A DNA stretch of 64,000 bases from an uncultured bacterium (GTDB lineage: Bacteria > Chloroflexota > UBA5177 > JANWHV01), in assembly GCA_963827235.1 (NCBI GenBank), contig CAWHAE010000012.1, positions 800,001 to 864,000 on the forward strand, written 5' to 3'. The notes below the pieces were generated by a model. It was not told the DNA's origin. It did not search any database and saw nothing but the letters and a program-made list of their open reading frames with translations. Numbering within the stretch: the first letter of the stretch is position 1; each line of letters starts with the position of its first letter. The position numbers and the translations under genes were made by a program. Positions 1-8,741 of the stretch are shown one piece after another.

Positions 1-615
1 GGCCTGATCCGCATCGGTGAGCCGGCGGTCCAGCAAGACGACGGGGACATCGCGATCCTGCAGCTGCCGAATCAGCTCGCGGCGAATCTCCATCTGGCGG
101 GACGACGGTCCCCGGTAGAGCCCGAGAGCAGGAGCGAGAATGACACCGTAGAGGCTGTGTGCCCGAGCGACGAACGAGCGAAGGATATCCTGCTCGCTGC
201 CAAGATCCTCGCCATGAGTGCGCAGCACCAGGTTGCACGAGGGGCCGGCACAGATGGCGAGGTTTGCGACGACGCCCGACCAGAAACTGCTAAACGCCAC
301 GCCGGCGATAGCGACGGCCAGATGCGAGCGCTCACCCGAGGCGCTCAGATCCTGGAGACCCAAATAGGTAGTGGCCAGCTGGTGTATCTCGGTAAGGCTA
401 AAGTTGCGTTCCTCGTGCAGCGCACCCAGCAGTTTTGACACCTGCTCGGGGTTGGCAAACTCGCCGCGGGATCCAGTCTCAATTCTGGACACAATAGCAT
501 GCCGGCTCGAGCCGGTGTATCCGACGCGATCCGCCAGGTCATCCTGCCTCAGGCTGCGATCCATCCGATGCTTGCGGAACAGGTGCCCAAACGTCTCTGC
601 ATCAGGCTGGTGCAT
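1..615 (-). CDS. XRE-type HTH transcriptional regulator fused to a LacI/periplasmic-binding-like sensor domain (runs off the window start)
   Basis: Not in the ORF track because there is no stop in the window. Manual translation from ATG 615: MHQPDAETFGHLFRKHRMDRSLRQDDLADRVGYTGSSRHAIVSRIETG (XRE HTH), then FSSFWSGVV...GVILAP...LQDRDVPVVLLDRRL (LacI-like effector domain). Divergent from a sugar ABC operon. Confidence 0.8.
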   Translation of the reverse strand, partial: MHQPDAETFGHLFRKHRMDRSLRQDDLADRVGYTGSSRHAIVSRIETGSRGEFANPEQVSKLLGALHEERNFSLTEIHQLATTYLGLQDLSASGERSHLAVAIAGVAFSSFWSGVVANLAICAGPSCNLVLRTHGEDLGSEQDILRSFVARAHSLYGVILAPALGLYRGPSSRQMEIRRELIRQLQDRDVPVVLLDRRLTDADQA

Positions 616-992
616 TGCATCATCCCCAGTTGCCCGCCACACCGAGTATCCCTGCTGAGCATATGATACTCGCCCGTAGCCTGCACCATTCCCGTGTGCC
701 CGAACAGGCACACGCGTGTGCGCGATTCAGCACCCCGGCTCCTGGCGCAACGCGGAGCGCTCACTATAATTGCGCAGTATGTAGCTGTCCCTTGCTGCGA
801 CAGGGCTGAGTACGCAGGGAACGGCACGTGGGTGCAGATGAGTGCTGTGATCGGGCCCTTGAAAGGAGGTCGACTAACCCGAGTGACTTGCGGTATGTCG
901 TCGCCTCGACATACTGTTAACCGCGATCCCTTAGGCCGGCTCGTTATCCGGCAAAGGCATGTACTGTTGTTCATCGAAGAGGAGTACATCCA

Positions 993-2366
993 GTGAAGGT
1001 TATCCGGCGTATCTGCTTCACTGTCACAATCGTTGCGACGCTTAGCGCGATCGCAGCGCCTACCCAGGCTGCCAGCCCGCGGGCGACGGCGCACGCTGCC
1101 GTCACCCTGAATATCGCGACCGTCAACAACCCGGACATGATCGAGATGGAGCGGCTCACCCCCGTCTTCGAGAAGCAGTACGGCATCAACGTCAAGTACG
1201 AAACATTGCCTGAAGACACGCTCCGCCAGAAGGTGACAGCGGACGTGGCCACCGGCGGCGGAGAATTCGACCTTGCCACGGAGGGTACCTATGAGATCCC
1301 AATGTGGGCCAAGAACGGCTGGGTCACTGACCTGACGCCGTACTTCTCCAAGATGAGCGCGTCCGACGCAAGCGCCTACGACTTGAACGACGTGGTCGCC
1401 AAGGTACGCGCGGGCCTTTCGTACAAGAATGACCTGTACGCTCTGCCGTTCTACGCCGAGAGCTCGATGACCTACTACAACAAGGCAATGTTCAAGGCTG
1501 CCGGCCTCACCATGCCGGTGCATCCCACCTGGGACCAGATAGCGTCCTTCGCGCAAAAGCTGAACAACCCGGCGAAGAACGTGTACGGCATCTGCCTGCG
1601 TGCCGATCCCGGTTGGGGTGAGATGGGCGCCGTGCTGACCACCGTCATCAACACCTTTGGCGGCGAATGGTTCAACATGCAGTGGCAGCCACAGTTGACC
1701 AGCCCCGCGGATGAGGCGGCGGTCTCGTTCTACATCAATCTGATTCGCTCCGCCGGCGAGCCCGGCGCCACGAGCAGCGGCTTCACCGAGTGCGAGACCG
1801 CATTTGCTCAGGGCAAGACCGCTATGTGGGTCGACGCGACCGTCGCCGCCGGCGACCTGACCAATCCGAAGGACTCCAAGGTGGCAAGCGACGTGGGCTA
1901 TGCCTACGCGCCGACCAAGGTGACGCCCAAGGGGGCTCATTGGCTGTGGTCCTGGGCGCTGGCTGTGGAGGCCTCGAGCAAGCATAAGGATGCCGCCTTC
2001 CAGTTCCTTACCTGGGCAACCAGCAAGAATTACATTGCCCTGGTAGCCAAGGATCAGGGATGGCAAAGCGTTCCGCCGGGCACCCGCGCTTCCACCTACA
2101 GCAACCCGAGCTACCAGAAGGCCGCGCCCTTCGCGAGCCTGGTCCTACAGTCGATTCAGTCCGCAGACCCCAACAACGCAACTTTGAATAAGGTACCGTA
2201 CACCGGCGTGCAGTTCGTGGGTATACCCGAGTTCCAGCAAATCGGTACACAGGTGACGCAGAACCTCGATGCAGCGGTGACCGGCTCGACCACGGTGGCA
2301 GCTGCACTCCAGCTTTCCCAAACTCAGGTCACACACATTATGAAAGTGGCCGGCTACATTAAGTAG
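993..2366 (+). CDS. Sugar ABC transporter substrate-binding protein (CUT1, sorbitol/mannitol SmoE/MtlE-like)
   Basis: GAGGAG RBS, signal peptide, motifs IATVNNPDM, LPFYAESS, GICLR..GWGE, MWVDATVAA, HWLWSWAL and VPYTGVQFVGIPEFQ typical of polyol SBPs. Confidence 0.9.
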   Translation: MKVIRRICFTVTIVATLSAIAAPTQAASPRATAHAAVTLNIATVNNPDMIEMERLTPVFEKQYGINVKYETLPEDTLRQKVTADVATGGGEFDLATEGTYEIPMWAKNGWVTDLTPYFSKMSASDASAYDLNDVVAKVRAGLSYKNDLYALPFYAESSMTYYNKAMFKAAGLTMPVHPTWDQIASFAQKLNNPAKNVYGICLRADPGWGEMGAVLTTVINTFGGEWFNMQWQPQLTSPADEAAVSFYINLIRSAGEPGATSSGFTECETAFAQGKTAMWVDATVAAGDLTNPKDSKVASDVGYAYAPTKVTPKGAHWLWSWALAVEASSKHKDAAFQFLTWATSKNYIALVAKDQGWQSVPPGTRASTYSNPSYQKAAPFASLVLQSIQSADPNNATLNKVPYTGVQFVGIPEFQQIGTQVTQNLDAAVTGSTTVAAALQLSQTQVTHIMKVAGYIK

Positions 2367-2399
2367 CATCCCTCACCAATCTTGCCGGTCGTACTGTCT

Positions 2400-2437
2400 C
2401 TCCTGGGTTGCAGCATTGACACGCTGCAACCCAGGAG
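2400..2437 (+). other. Perfect 15-bp intercistronic stem-loop after the SBP gene (mRNA stabiliser or partial terminator)
   Basis: CTCCTGGGTTGCAGC (2400-2414), 8-nt loop, GCTGCAACCCAGGAG (2423-2437); no U-tract. Confidence 0.7.
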
Positions 2438-2571
2438 CGGTAGGGGAGGGTTGTATCCACCCAGGTGACCCGCTCACAGCGCGAACGCAGGCGAGCCACT
2501 ATTGGTGGGGCTCGCGTCCATGTCATTGTCCTTCATGTGGCTGCCGATAGAGTTCGGAGATAGAGCAGGCC

Positions 2572-3510
2572 ATGCTTACCGAGTCAGCCGTTTCTACTGC
2601 GAATGTCGCGCGCAACAGGCCGCGGCGGCGGCTGGCAATGCCGCGTGTGCCGCTGCTCATGCTGCTGCCCGCGATCGTCTACCTGGTGGTAATGACGCAG
2701 GCACCGTTCGTTGTCACACTTTGGTACAGCGTGCACACCTGGATCATGACATCGCCCGAGCTGGGCAAACCGTGGGTCGGCCTGGACAACTTCAATTACA
2801 CGGTCCTTCAGGATCCCACCTTCCGTGACGCCGTCGTAAACACACTGGTGATGACTATCAGCATCGTCGGCGTCTCGCTGATACTTGGAATGGCCTTTGC
2901 ACTGCTGCTGCACCGGCCGTTTCCACTGCGCGGGTTGGTGCGATCCTTGATGATCACGCCGTTCTTTGTCATGCCTACGGTCAGCGCCGTGGTCTGGAAG
3001 AACCTGTTGCTCAACCCGGTGTTCGGACTGTTCAACTGGATCACGACCTCCCTGGGGATGCGGCGGACCGATTGGCTCGGTGTACACCCCACGATCAGCC
3101 TGGTCACCATCTGCGTCTGGGAGTGGACCCCGTTCATGATGTTGATCTTGTTGGCCGGTTTGCAAGGGCAGTCCGAGGAGGTTCGTGAGGCCGCGCACCT
3201 CGACGGAGCCAGCGGCGTGGCCGAATTCTGGCACATCACCCTACCCCAGTTGGGCCGGTACGTGCAATTAGCCGTTCTACTGGGAATGATCTATGTCTTG
3301 CAGCTGTTCGGCGAGATCTTTGTGGCTACCTCAGGCGGCCCCGGCACTGAAACCACCACCGTACCGTTCTACGTCTACCAGACGATCTCCCAGTCCACCG
3401 ACGTCGGATCATCGTCCGCCCAGGGCGTTCTGGCGGTGATCTTTGCGTCTATTCTGGCCACCCTGTTGCTTCGCCTCCTGGCCGGTACATTCAGTAGGAG
3501 CGCCACATGA
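2572..3510 (+). CDS. Carbohydrate ABC transporter permease (SmoF/MalF-like)
   Basis: Multiple TM helices, EAA loop EVREAAHLDGAS. Confidence 0.92.
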   Translation: MLTESAVSTANVARNRPRRRLAMPRVPLLMLLPAIVYLVVMTQAPFVVTLWYSVHTWIMTSPELGKPWVGLDNFNYTVLQDPTFRDAVVNTLVMTISIVGVSLILGMAFALLLHRPFPLRGLVRSLMITPFFVMPTVSAVVWKNLLLNPVFGLFNWITTSLGMRRTDWLGVHPTISLVTICVWEWTPFMMLILLAGLQGQSEEVREAAHLDGASGVAEFWHITLPQLGRYVQLAVLLGMIYVLQLFGEIFVATSGGPGTETTTVPFYVYQTISQSTDVGSSSAQGVLAVIFASILATLLLRLLAGTFSRSAT

Positions 3511-4376
3511 ACAGCATACAGACGCACCCTGGTGCCCGCAGTGCAACACATGTCACGAGACGCTTCAAGCCCGCAAGTGCCGGCTTGACGGTACTGACAT
3601 ATGTGATCGCCTTCCTCGTGTTCTTTCCGGTTCTCTGGATGCTGCTTGCCGGTTTCAAGTCCGAGGGCACCGCGGTCGAGTTACCGCCCAAGCTGTTCTT
3701 TAGCCCCACGCTCGACAACTTCCGCACGGCGATCAACAGCAACAGTTTTTCCACGTTCTTCGGCAATTCCATATTCCTGAGCGTGGGATCGACCGTTTTG
3801 GCCCTGCTGCTTGGTGTGCCTGCTGCCTACAGTCTGGCGCTTTTTCCCACGCGACGCGCACCACGAGTGCTCTCCTGGGTGCTCTCGACCAAGATGCTGC
3901 CGCTGGTTGGCGTCATCGTGCCGCTGATCGTCATCTTCAAGCAGATTGGTCTCTATGACACACGTCAGGGCATGATTCTTCTCTACGCGGCGATGAACTT
4001 GCCGCTGGTCATCTGGATGATGACCTCCTTCTTTGCCGAAGTACCGCGTGAACTGATAGAAGCCAGCCAGATCGACGGGGCGGGCTTGGTGCGTTCGCTG
4101 ATTTCAGTGGTCTTGCCGCTGGCCACGCCCGGCTTGGCGGCAACTTCCCTCTTGTGCATGATCTTTGCCTGGAACGAGTTCTTTCTCGCCGTCAATCTGA
4201 CCGGACCCAGTGCCGGCCCCTTGACGGTCTACATCTCGGGCTTCATGACCAGTGAAGGACTATTCTGGGCCAAGATGTCGGCTGCCTCGACCATGGCTAT
4301 CGCGCCCGTCTTCGTGGCCGGGTGGATGGCGCAGCGCTGGCTGGTCAGAGGGCTCACCATGGGCGCCGTCAAGTAG
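3507..4376 (+). CDS. Carbohydrate ABC transporter permease (SmoG/MalG-like)
   Basis: ATGA overlap with the previous gene, EAA loop ELIEASQIDGA, AWNEF, C-terminal VRGLTMGAVK. Confidence 0.92.
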   Translation: MNSIQTHPGARSATHVTRRFKPASAGLTVLTYVIAFLVFFPVLWMLLAGFKSEGTAVELPPKLFFSPTLDNFRTAINSNSFSTFFGNSIFLSVGSTVLALLLGVPAAYSLALFPTRRAPRVLSWVLSTKMLPLVGVIVPLIVIFKQIGLYDTRQGMILLYAAMNLPLVIWMMTSFFAEVPRELIEASQIDGAGLVRSLISVVLPLATPGLAATSLLCMIFAWNEFFLAVNLTGPSAGPLTVYISGFMTSEGLFWAKMSAASTMAIAPVFVAGWMAQRWLVRGLTMGAVK

Positions 4377-4378
4377 GG

Positions 4379-5629
4379 CTAGCTCGTCGCCTCGGATTGC
4401 GCCACTTGCGCGCCGGGCAAGTAGCGGTCCGCATGCCCCAGGGCGGTGAACGAGAAGGCAAACGGAATCAGGATGGTCGTGGCACCGATCACACCATAGA
4501 CCAGGGCGACGTTGCCCGTCACCTGGATGGCCAGGCCTCCCAGAAAGGTGCCGACCGGGATGGCGGACCAGGCGAGCACTCCGGCAATGCTCAACACGCG
4601 GCCCAACATGTGATTCGGCACGATGGCCTGGCGCAGGCTGCCGGTGTTGATGTTGAAGAGGATCCCCAGTCCCGATTGCAGGCCCAGGCAGACCAGGGCA
4701 AGTGGATACCAGGCCAGCACCGACATCGCCACGACGAAGACCCCGCTCAGCATCAGGGCGGTGAGAGCCACTCTGCTGAAAGAGAAGCGCTTCCGCAGAG
4801 GCCCGGCCGTCAACGAGAGCACGACGATGCCGATGCTCTCGACCGAGTAGAGAAGCCCGATCTGGGCATTGCCGGCGTGCAGGTGCTGTTTGCCGTACAG
4901 CACCAGTTGGGCGCCCACAGTCGAGCTGAAGAAGTTCACGATAGCCATCATCAGCGAGATGTTGCGCAGCACGGGATGGGAGAGCACGTAGCGCAACCCG
5001 TCGCCGACGTCGCGCAGAAGGCTTTGCGAGCGCTCACGATCGGCGAGATTGAAGTGCGTGCGGATCAGCAGCAGCGAGCCGGCGGCGATGAGAAATGACG
5101 CGGCATCGAAGTACATGACTCGCTCGATCGGCATGAGGGCCGCCAGCATGCCAGCCAGAACAGGTCCGGCGATTTGCACGGTCGAGTAGCTCGCCTGTAT
5201 ACGGCCGTTGGCCGTTACCAGGTCGTCCGGGCGGACCAGGCTCGGCACGACGGCGAATTCCGCGCTGCTGAAGAAGATCCCCATCGTGGAACCGGCAAAG
5301 CCCATGGCGTAGATCCACCACATCGCCAGGTGGCCGCCGGCAGCCAGGGCGGGAATAGAGCCGACCACCAGTGCCTGCAGCACGTTAGTGATCACCATCA
5401 GTCGCTTGCGGTCCGTGCGGTCGACCCAGGCGCCGATCACCAGACCGAACAGAGGGTAGGGCAGGAACGTGGCGGCGCTGGTGAGCGCCAGGTTCACGGC
5501 CGAGCCTGTGATGCGGTAGACCAGCAAGGGCAAGGCCAGGTTCGTGAAGGACGTGCCCAGCGTGGAGATGGCCTGGCCGCTCCAGAAGACCCAGAAGTCC
5601 CGGCTGAGCCGGCCCGATCTGCCGGGCAT
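4379..5629 (-). CDS. MFS transporter (DHA3/EntS-like efflux)
   Basis: About 12 TM helices, motif A GAWVDRTDRKR, RDFWVFWSGQAIS N-terminus, MLGRVLS. Confidence 0.9.
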   Translation of the reverse strand: MPGRSGRLSRDFWVFWSGQAISTLGTSFTNLALPLLVYRITGSAVNLALTSAATFLPYPLFGLVIGAWVDRTDRKRLMVITNVLQALVVGSIPALAAGGHLAMWWIYAMGFAGSTMGIFFSSAEFAVVPSLVRPDDLVTANGRIQASYSTVQIAGPVLAGMLAALMPIERVMYFDAASFLIAAGSLLLIRTHFNLADRERSQSLLRDVGDGLRYVLSHPVLRNISLMMAIVNFFSSTVGAQLVLYGKQHLHAGNAQIGLLYSVESIGIVVLSLTAGPLRKRFSFSRVALTALMLSGVFVVAMSVLAWYPLALVCLGLQSGLGILFNINTGSLRQAIVPNHMLGRVLSIAGVLAWSAIPVGTFLGGLAIQVTGNVALVYGVIGATTILIPFAFSFTALGHADRYLPGAQVAQSEATS

Positions 5630-6273
5630 CAGCGGCCCGCCCCGAATGCGTCCGGGTCCGCAGGGGCGCCGCGCCGATAGGTCGGAAAGAGCACCTGAAA
5701 CAGACGGTACGTGCCTCTATCTCGCTCGGCCGGCCGAGACGAGTCGTCCTCGTACTCCGACAGCAGTGCCTCCATACGGTCCGCCAAGGCGGCAGCCTCC
5801 TCGGGAAGGAGCCGCAGCAGCGTCCAGGCGAATCGCAGCGATCGTTCTCCCTTGTCGCTGCCAGCGCCTGCATCAATCCGGCCCTGGGCGATCTCGTGGC
5901 GGATTTCCTCGCCGGTTATTGAAAGCAGATCGGCCACGTCATCCTGCAGATGCCGGCGGGCGTCGCCGCCTGCCGGTGCGGTGAGCCCGGGAAACAGGAA
6001 GACGTATGCACTGGCGCGGTAGCGCTTCTCGATAATCCCGGACACGATACGCGTATCCACGACCCGGATCAAGCTGTGCTTCTCTAGCAGGTTGACGTGG
6101 TAGTAGAGAGACTTCGGACTAGTCTGGAGCGCTGCCGCGAGGTCCTTCACGGTGGCCGCGCGCTGCCGCAGCAGCTCGACGATGCGCATTCGGAGGCTGC
6201 CGGCCACCACCTTGAGCACGCCGGCGTCATCCACCACGAGCTGCTCGGCCGGCTCCTGAGTATCTTCAGCCAT
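5629..6273 (-). CDS. ArsR-like winged-helix transcriptional regulator
   Basis: LRMRIVELL...TVKDLAAAL..SPKSLYYHVNLLEKHSLI...GIIEKRYRA; AGGAGG RBS; stop overlaps the MFS start. Confidence 0.88.
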   Translation of the reverse strand: MAEDTQEPAEQLVVDDAGVLKVVAGSLRMRIVELLRQRAATVKDLAAALQTSPKSLYYHVNLLEKHSLIRVVDTRIVSGIIEKRYRASAYVFLFPGLTAPAGGDARRHLQDDVADLLSITGEEIRHEIAQGRIDAGAGSDKGERSLRFAWTLLRLLPEEAAALADRMEALLSEYEDDSSRPAERDRGTYRLFQVLFPTYRRGAPADPDAFGAGR

Positions 6274-6288
6274 CGGAACCTCCTAAAC

Positions 6289-6308
6289 CATCCAAATTTC
6301 TTTGGATG
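6289..6308. promoter_or_regulatory. Inverted repeat, probable autoregulatory operator of the ArsR-MFS operon
   Basis: CATCCAAA-N4-TTTGGATG perfect 8-bp inverted repeat, lying between a TATCAT -10-like hexamer (minus strand) and the RBS. Confidence 0.65.
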
Positions 6309-6528
6309 TCAGTAAATGATACGGGATTGGTGGTCGTGTTGGTCAACGCGGATCCCTCGTGCGGGCGAGATCGCCGGCGACGTGCGGCGCGTGCCACGGG
6401 CCGGGACGATAGACGACTCGTTGCTGCCGTGATGTTCTCCGTTGACGGTTGGAGTTCCACGCGTTTCGCGGCACCGGAGGTCCCGGCCGCCGGCGACCGG
6501 CCTGCGGCATTTCCATCGAGACCGGCAT

Positions 6529-8286
6529 TCAGGAAGTAGCCGCCACCCGATACACCTGGGTGCCATCCGGGAAGCGCTCGACGAGCGGCAGACGAGCCGC
6601 GTGAGGAGGAAACGCCCGTCCGGTCCAGTCCGGATGCCAGATCACGTAGCGCACGCCCCATTCGATCAAGAGCCGGCTCGCCGATGCAGCGGGCCACGCG
6701 TTCAGCGTGGCCGCGTCGGACTCATATGAAGCAGGCGTGTAGCCTCCCAGACCGTTGACGATCGGCTGCCAATGGTATGTCGCGTAGTACGTCATCAGCG
6801 CCTGCTGAGACCAGATATCCTTGTTCTGCTGGCCGATCGGAAGCTCGAGCACCGCGGTGCCGGCAGGTCTGCTCTTTAGCCAGTGATACACCGGCGGCAC
6901 GCCGCTACCGGTAAGCACGATCGGTGCCGCGATGGGCTGTATCCAGTACTCCAGCATCACGGCCGCGCAGAGCAGAAAAGCCACGAGGCGGACGCCTGTC
7001 TCCCGGCCGGGAGACAGGCGCAGCTCGACGATGCGCACACCCCATGCAGCCAGCAGCGCCAGCGCCACGAACCCGATGAAGAAGAACCGGGCTATGTCCC
7101 GAAAGCTGTGAAATCCCGGCACATGATCGTAGAGCAACGCGAAGGGCAATGGGATAGCGTACAGGCGATCGAACGCCTTTAGCTGCACTCCCATAGCCAG
7201 CACGCCGGACAAGAGTGCGATCCCGGAGTACATGCGTATCTCCCAGCTCTCGCCTCGGCACCGCCAGGCCAGCAGGGCCAGGGCCAGTACGACCAGGCCG
7301 GGGAAGAGGTATTGCGGCGCGTCGGCCCCGCGCACGCCAAGCACGCCGTCCGTCCAGCCGTAGATCACGCTGAACGGCGGCATGCGCAGGAAGTCGCGCA
7401 GATCGGCGGCGAAGTAGATGGCTTGATCGCGGCCCCGCTCGGAAGCAGCGGTGTTCTGCAGCCGGAGATACGGCACGATCACGGGCAGGAGAATCGCCGC
7501 CAGGGCCACGCCCGCGACCACCACGCCGGCGACGAATCGACGAGCCTGTTGCCGGCCCGAATGCGCCACGTAGGCCAGGAGGTAGACCAGCAAGCACGTG
7601 GCGAGGAAAGCAGCGTAGTAGATGCTGCACAGTGCCAGCATGGCATAGAACACGACCAGAGCGGCCAACTCACGAGCGAGGCGCGCGCGGCTCCCGTCGC
7701 CTGCCGCGTCTCTCGCCCTTTCCCAGAACAGCAGCACCAATGGCAGCCACTGTCCGGACAACTGGTTGAGGTGCCCCAGGTGCGCCATGCGATAGGGGCA
7801 GAAAGCGACCACCAGCCCGGCCAGGAAAGCGCCCGCTGTGCACCCGGTCATGTAGCGCGCCAGCAGGTAGGTGAAGGCCCCACAGAGCACGAACGAGAGC
7901 AGGAACAGCACGTTGTAGGTGAAGGCCGCGTTGCCGCCGCTCAGCAGGTACAGGGGCGTGGAAATCGGTAGCAGGCCGAGCAGAGTGTCATTGTAGATCA
8001 GGGCGTTGGCATGTGGATAATAGATGTTGCCTTGGAGGAGCTGAGAGGGCGTCGTGGTGAGGGCATGCACCGACCAAGCCACCAACCACGATTCATTGGG
8101 CGGATCGCCGAGGTCCTGGGGGAAGCTGTTGCCGATGTGCCGGACCACCGGCCAGAACTGCACCAGCGTGATCGCGGCATAGGCCATGGAGGCCGCGAGA
8201 AACCGTGCCCAAGCAGGGCCGGCGGCAGCGCCGTGCCTGCTCTCCGCAGCTTCAGCCAGCGAGCTGCCGGTCTTCGACGCGGCCAC
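6529..8286 (-). CDS. Polytopic membrane protein, GT-C/YfhO-like putative glycosyltransferase
   Basis: Many TM segments; N-terminal GDP..ESWL.AW, NIYYPH..AL.Y.D, AFCPYR..H..HL; C-terminal soluble domain with VLELP and H..PIVNG.GG. Start placed at GTG 8286 because the track start (8397) overlaps the upstream small gene. Confidence 0.72.
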   Translation of the reverse strand: MAASKTGSSLAEAAESRHGAAAGPAWARFLAASMAYAAITLVQFWPVVRHIGNSFPQDLGDPPNESWLVAWSVHALTTTPSQLLQGNIYYPHANALIYNDTLLGLLPISTPLYLLSGGNAAFTYNVLFLLSFVLCGAFTYLLARYMTGCTAGAFLAGLVVAFCPYRMAHLGHLNQLSGQWLPLVLLFWERARDAAGDGSRARLARELAALVVFYAMLALCSIYYAAFLATCLLVYLLAYVAHSGRQQARRFVAGVVVAGVALAAILLPVIVPYLRLQNTAASERGRDQAIYFAADLRDFLRMPPFSVIYGWTDGVLGVRGADAPQYLFPGLVVLALALLAWRCRGESWEIRMYSGIALLSGVLAMGVQLKAFDRLYAIPLPFALLYDHVPGFHSFRDIARFFFIGFVALALLAAWGVRIVELRLSPGRETGVRLVAFLLCAAVMLEYWIQPIAAPIVLTGSGVPPVYHWLKSRPAGTAVLELPIGQQNKDIWSQQALMTYYATYHWQPIVNGLGGYTPASYESDAATLNAWPAASASRLLIEWGVRYVIWHPDWTGRAFPPHAARLPLVERFPDGTQVYRVAATS

Positions 8287-8300
8287 TGCAGTCGCCGGCC

Positions 8301-8531
8301 CTACTTGCGATACCGGTGAAGCGCGTAGGTCTGGTTCTGGGTCCTCGGGGCGTCCGATTTCTCGCGAATGGTACTGCTGGAGTGGCACAGGCCGCACTCG
8401 ACTACCAGCACCTCCGAGCCGCCGAACCGCATCCGTGATTTGATGTCGACCTTCGTGAGCTGTGCCTGCCGGCAGTGCGGGCAGCCAATACCCGCCTCTT
8501 CGAAATACTGCACGTTCATGGTGATCGTCAT
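8301..8531 (-). CDS. Small zinc-ribbon protein (CxxC-x26-CxxC)
   Basis: CPHC and CGLC pairs, AAAGGT RBS, fills the gap between two co-oriented genes. Confidence 0.6.
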   Translation of the reverse strand: MTITMNVQYFEEAGIGCPHCRQAQLTKVDIKSRMRFGGSEVLVVECGLCHSSSTIREKSDAPRTQNQTYALHRYRK

Positions 8532-8741
8532 AGCACCTTTACGCTAACACGCCGGCACGCGGTCTGTCGAACCTGCCGTGCGCAGGGTGCGCTTCCAGCG
8601 CAGTGCCGGCCCTCCTTCCGGCCCTGCGCTAGGGCAGGTGGCGAAAGGAGGTGAGACTCGACATACTTGCTGCCGGATGGAGCGCCGCCTGACCGGCGCG
8701 GCCGGCAAGAACCTGAGCCATTCCAGGGCCGTGCGGCGTCC

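Noticed and set aside
157-438. 93-aa plus-strand ORF at the window start
   Set aside because: Shadow of the minus-strand regulator at 1-615.
549-2066. 505-aa minus-strand ORF
   Set aside because: Antisense shadow of the SBP gene; high-GC codon bias keeps such frames open and there are no motifs.
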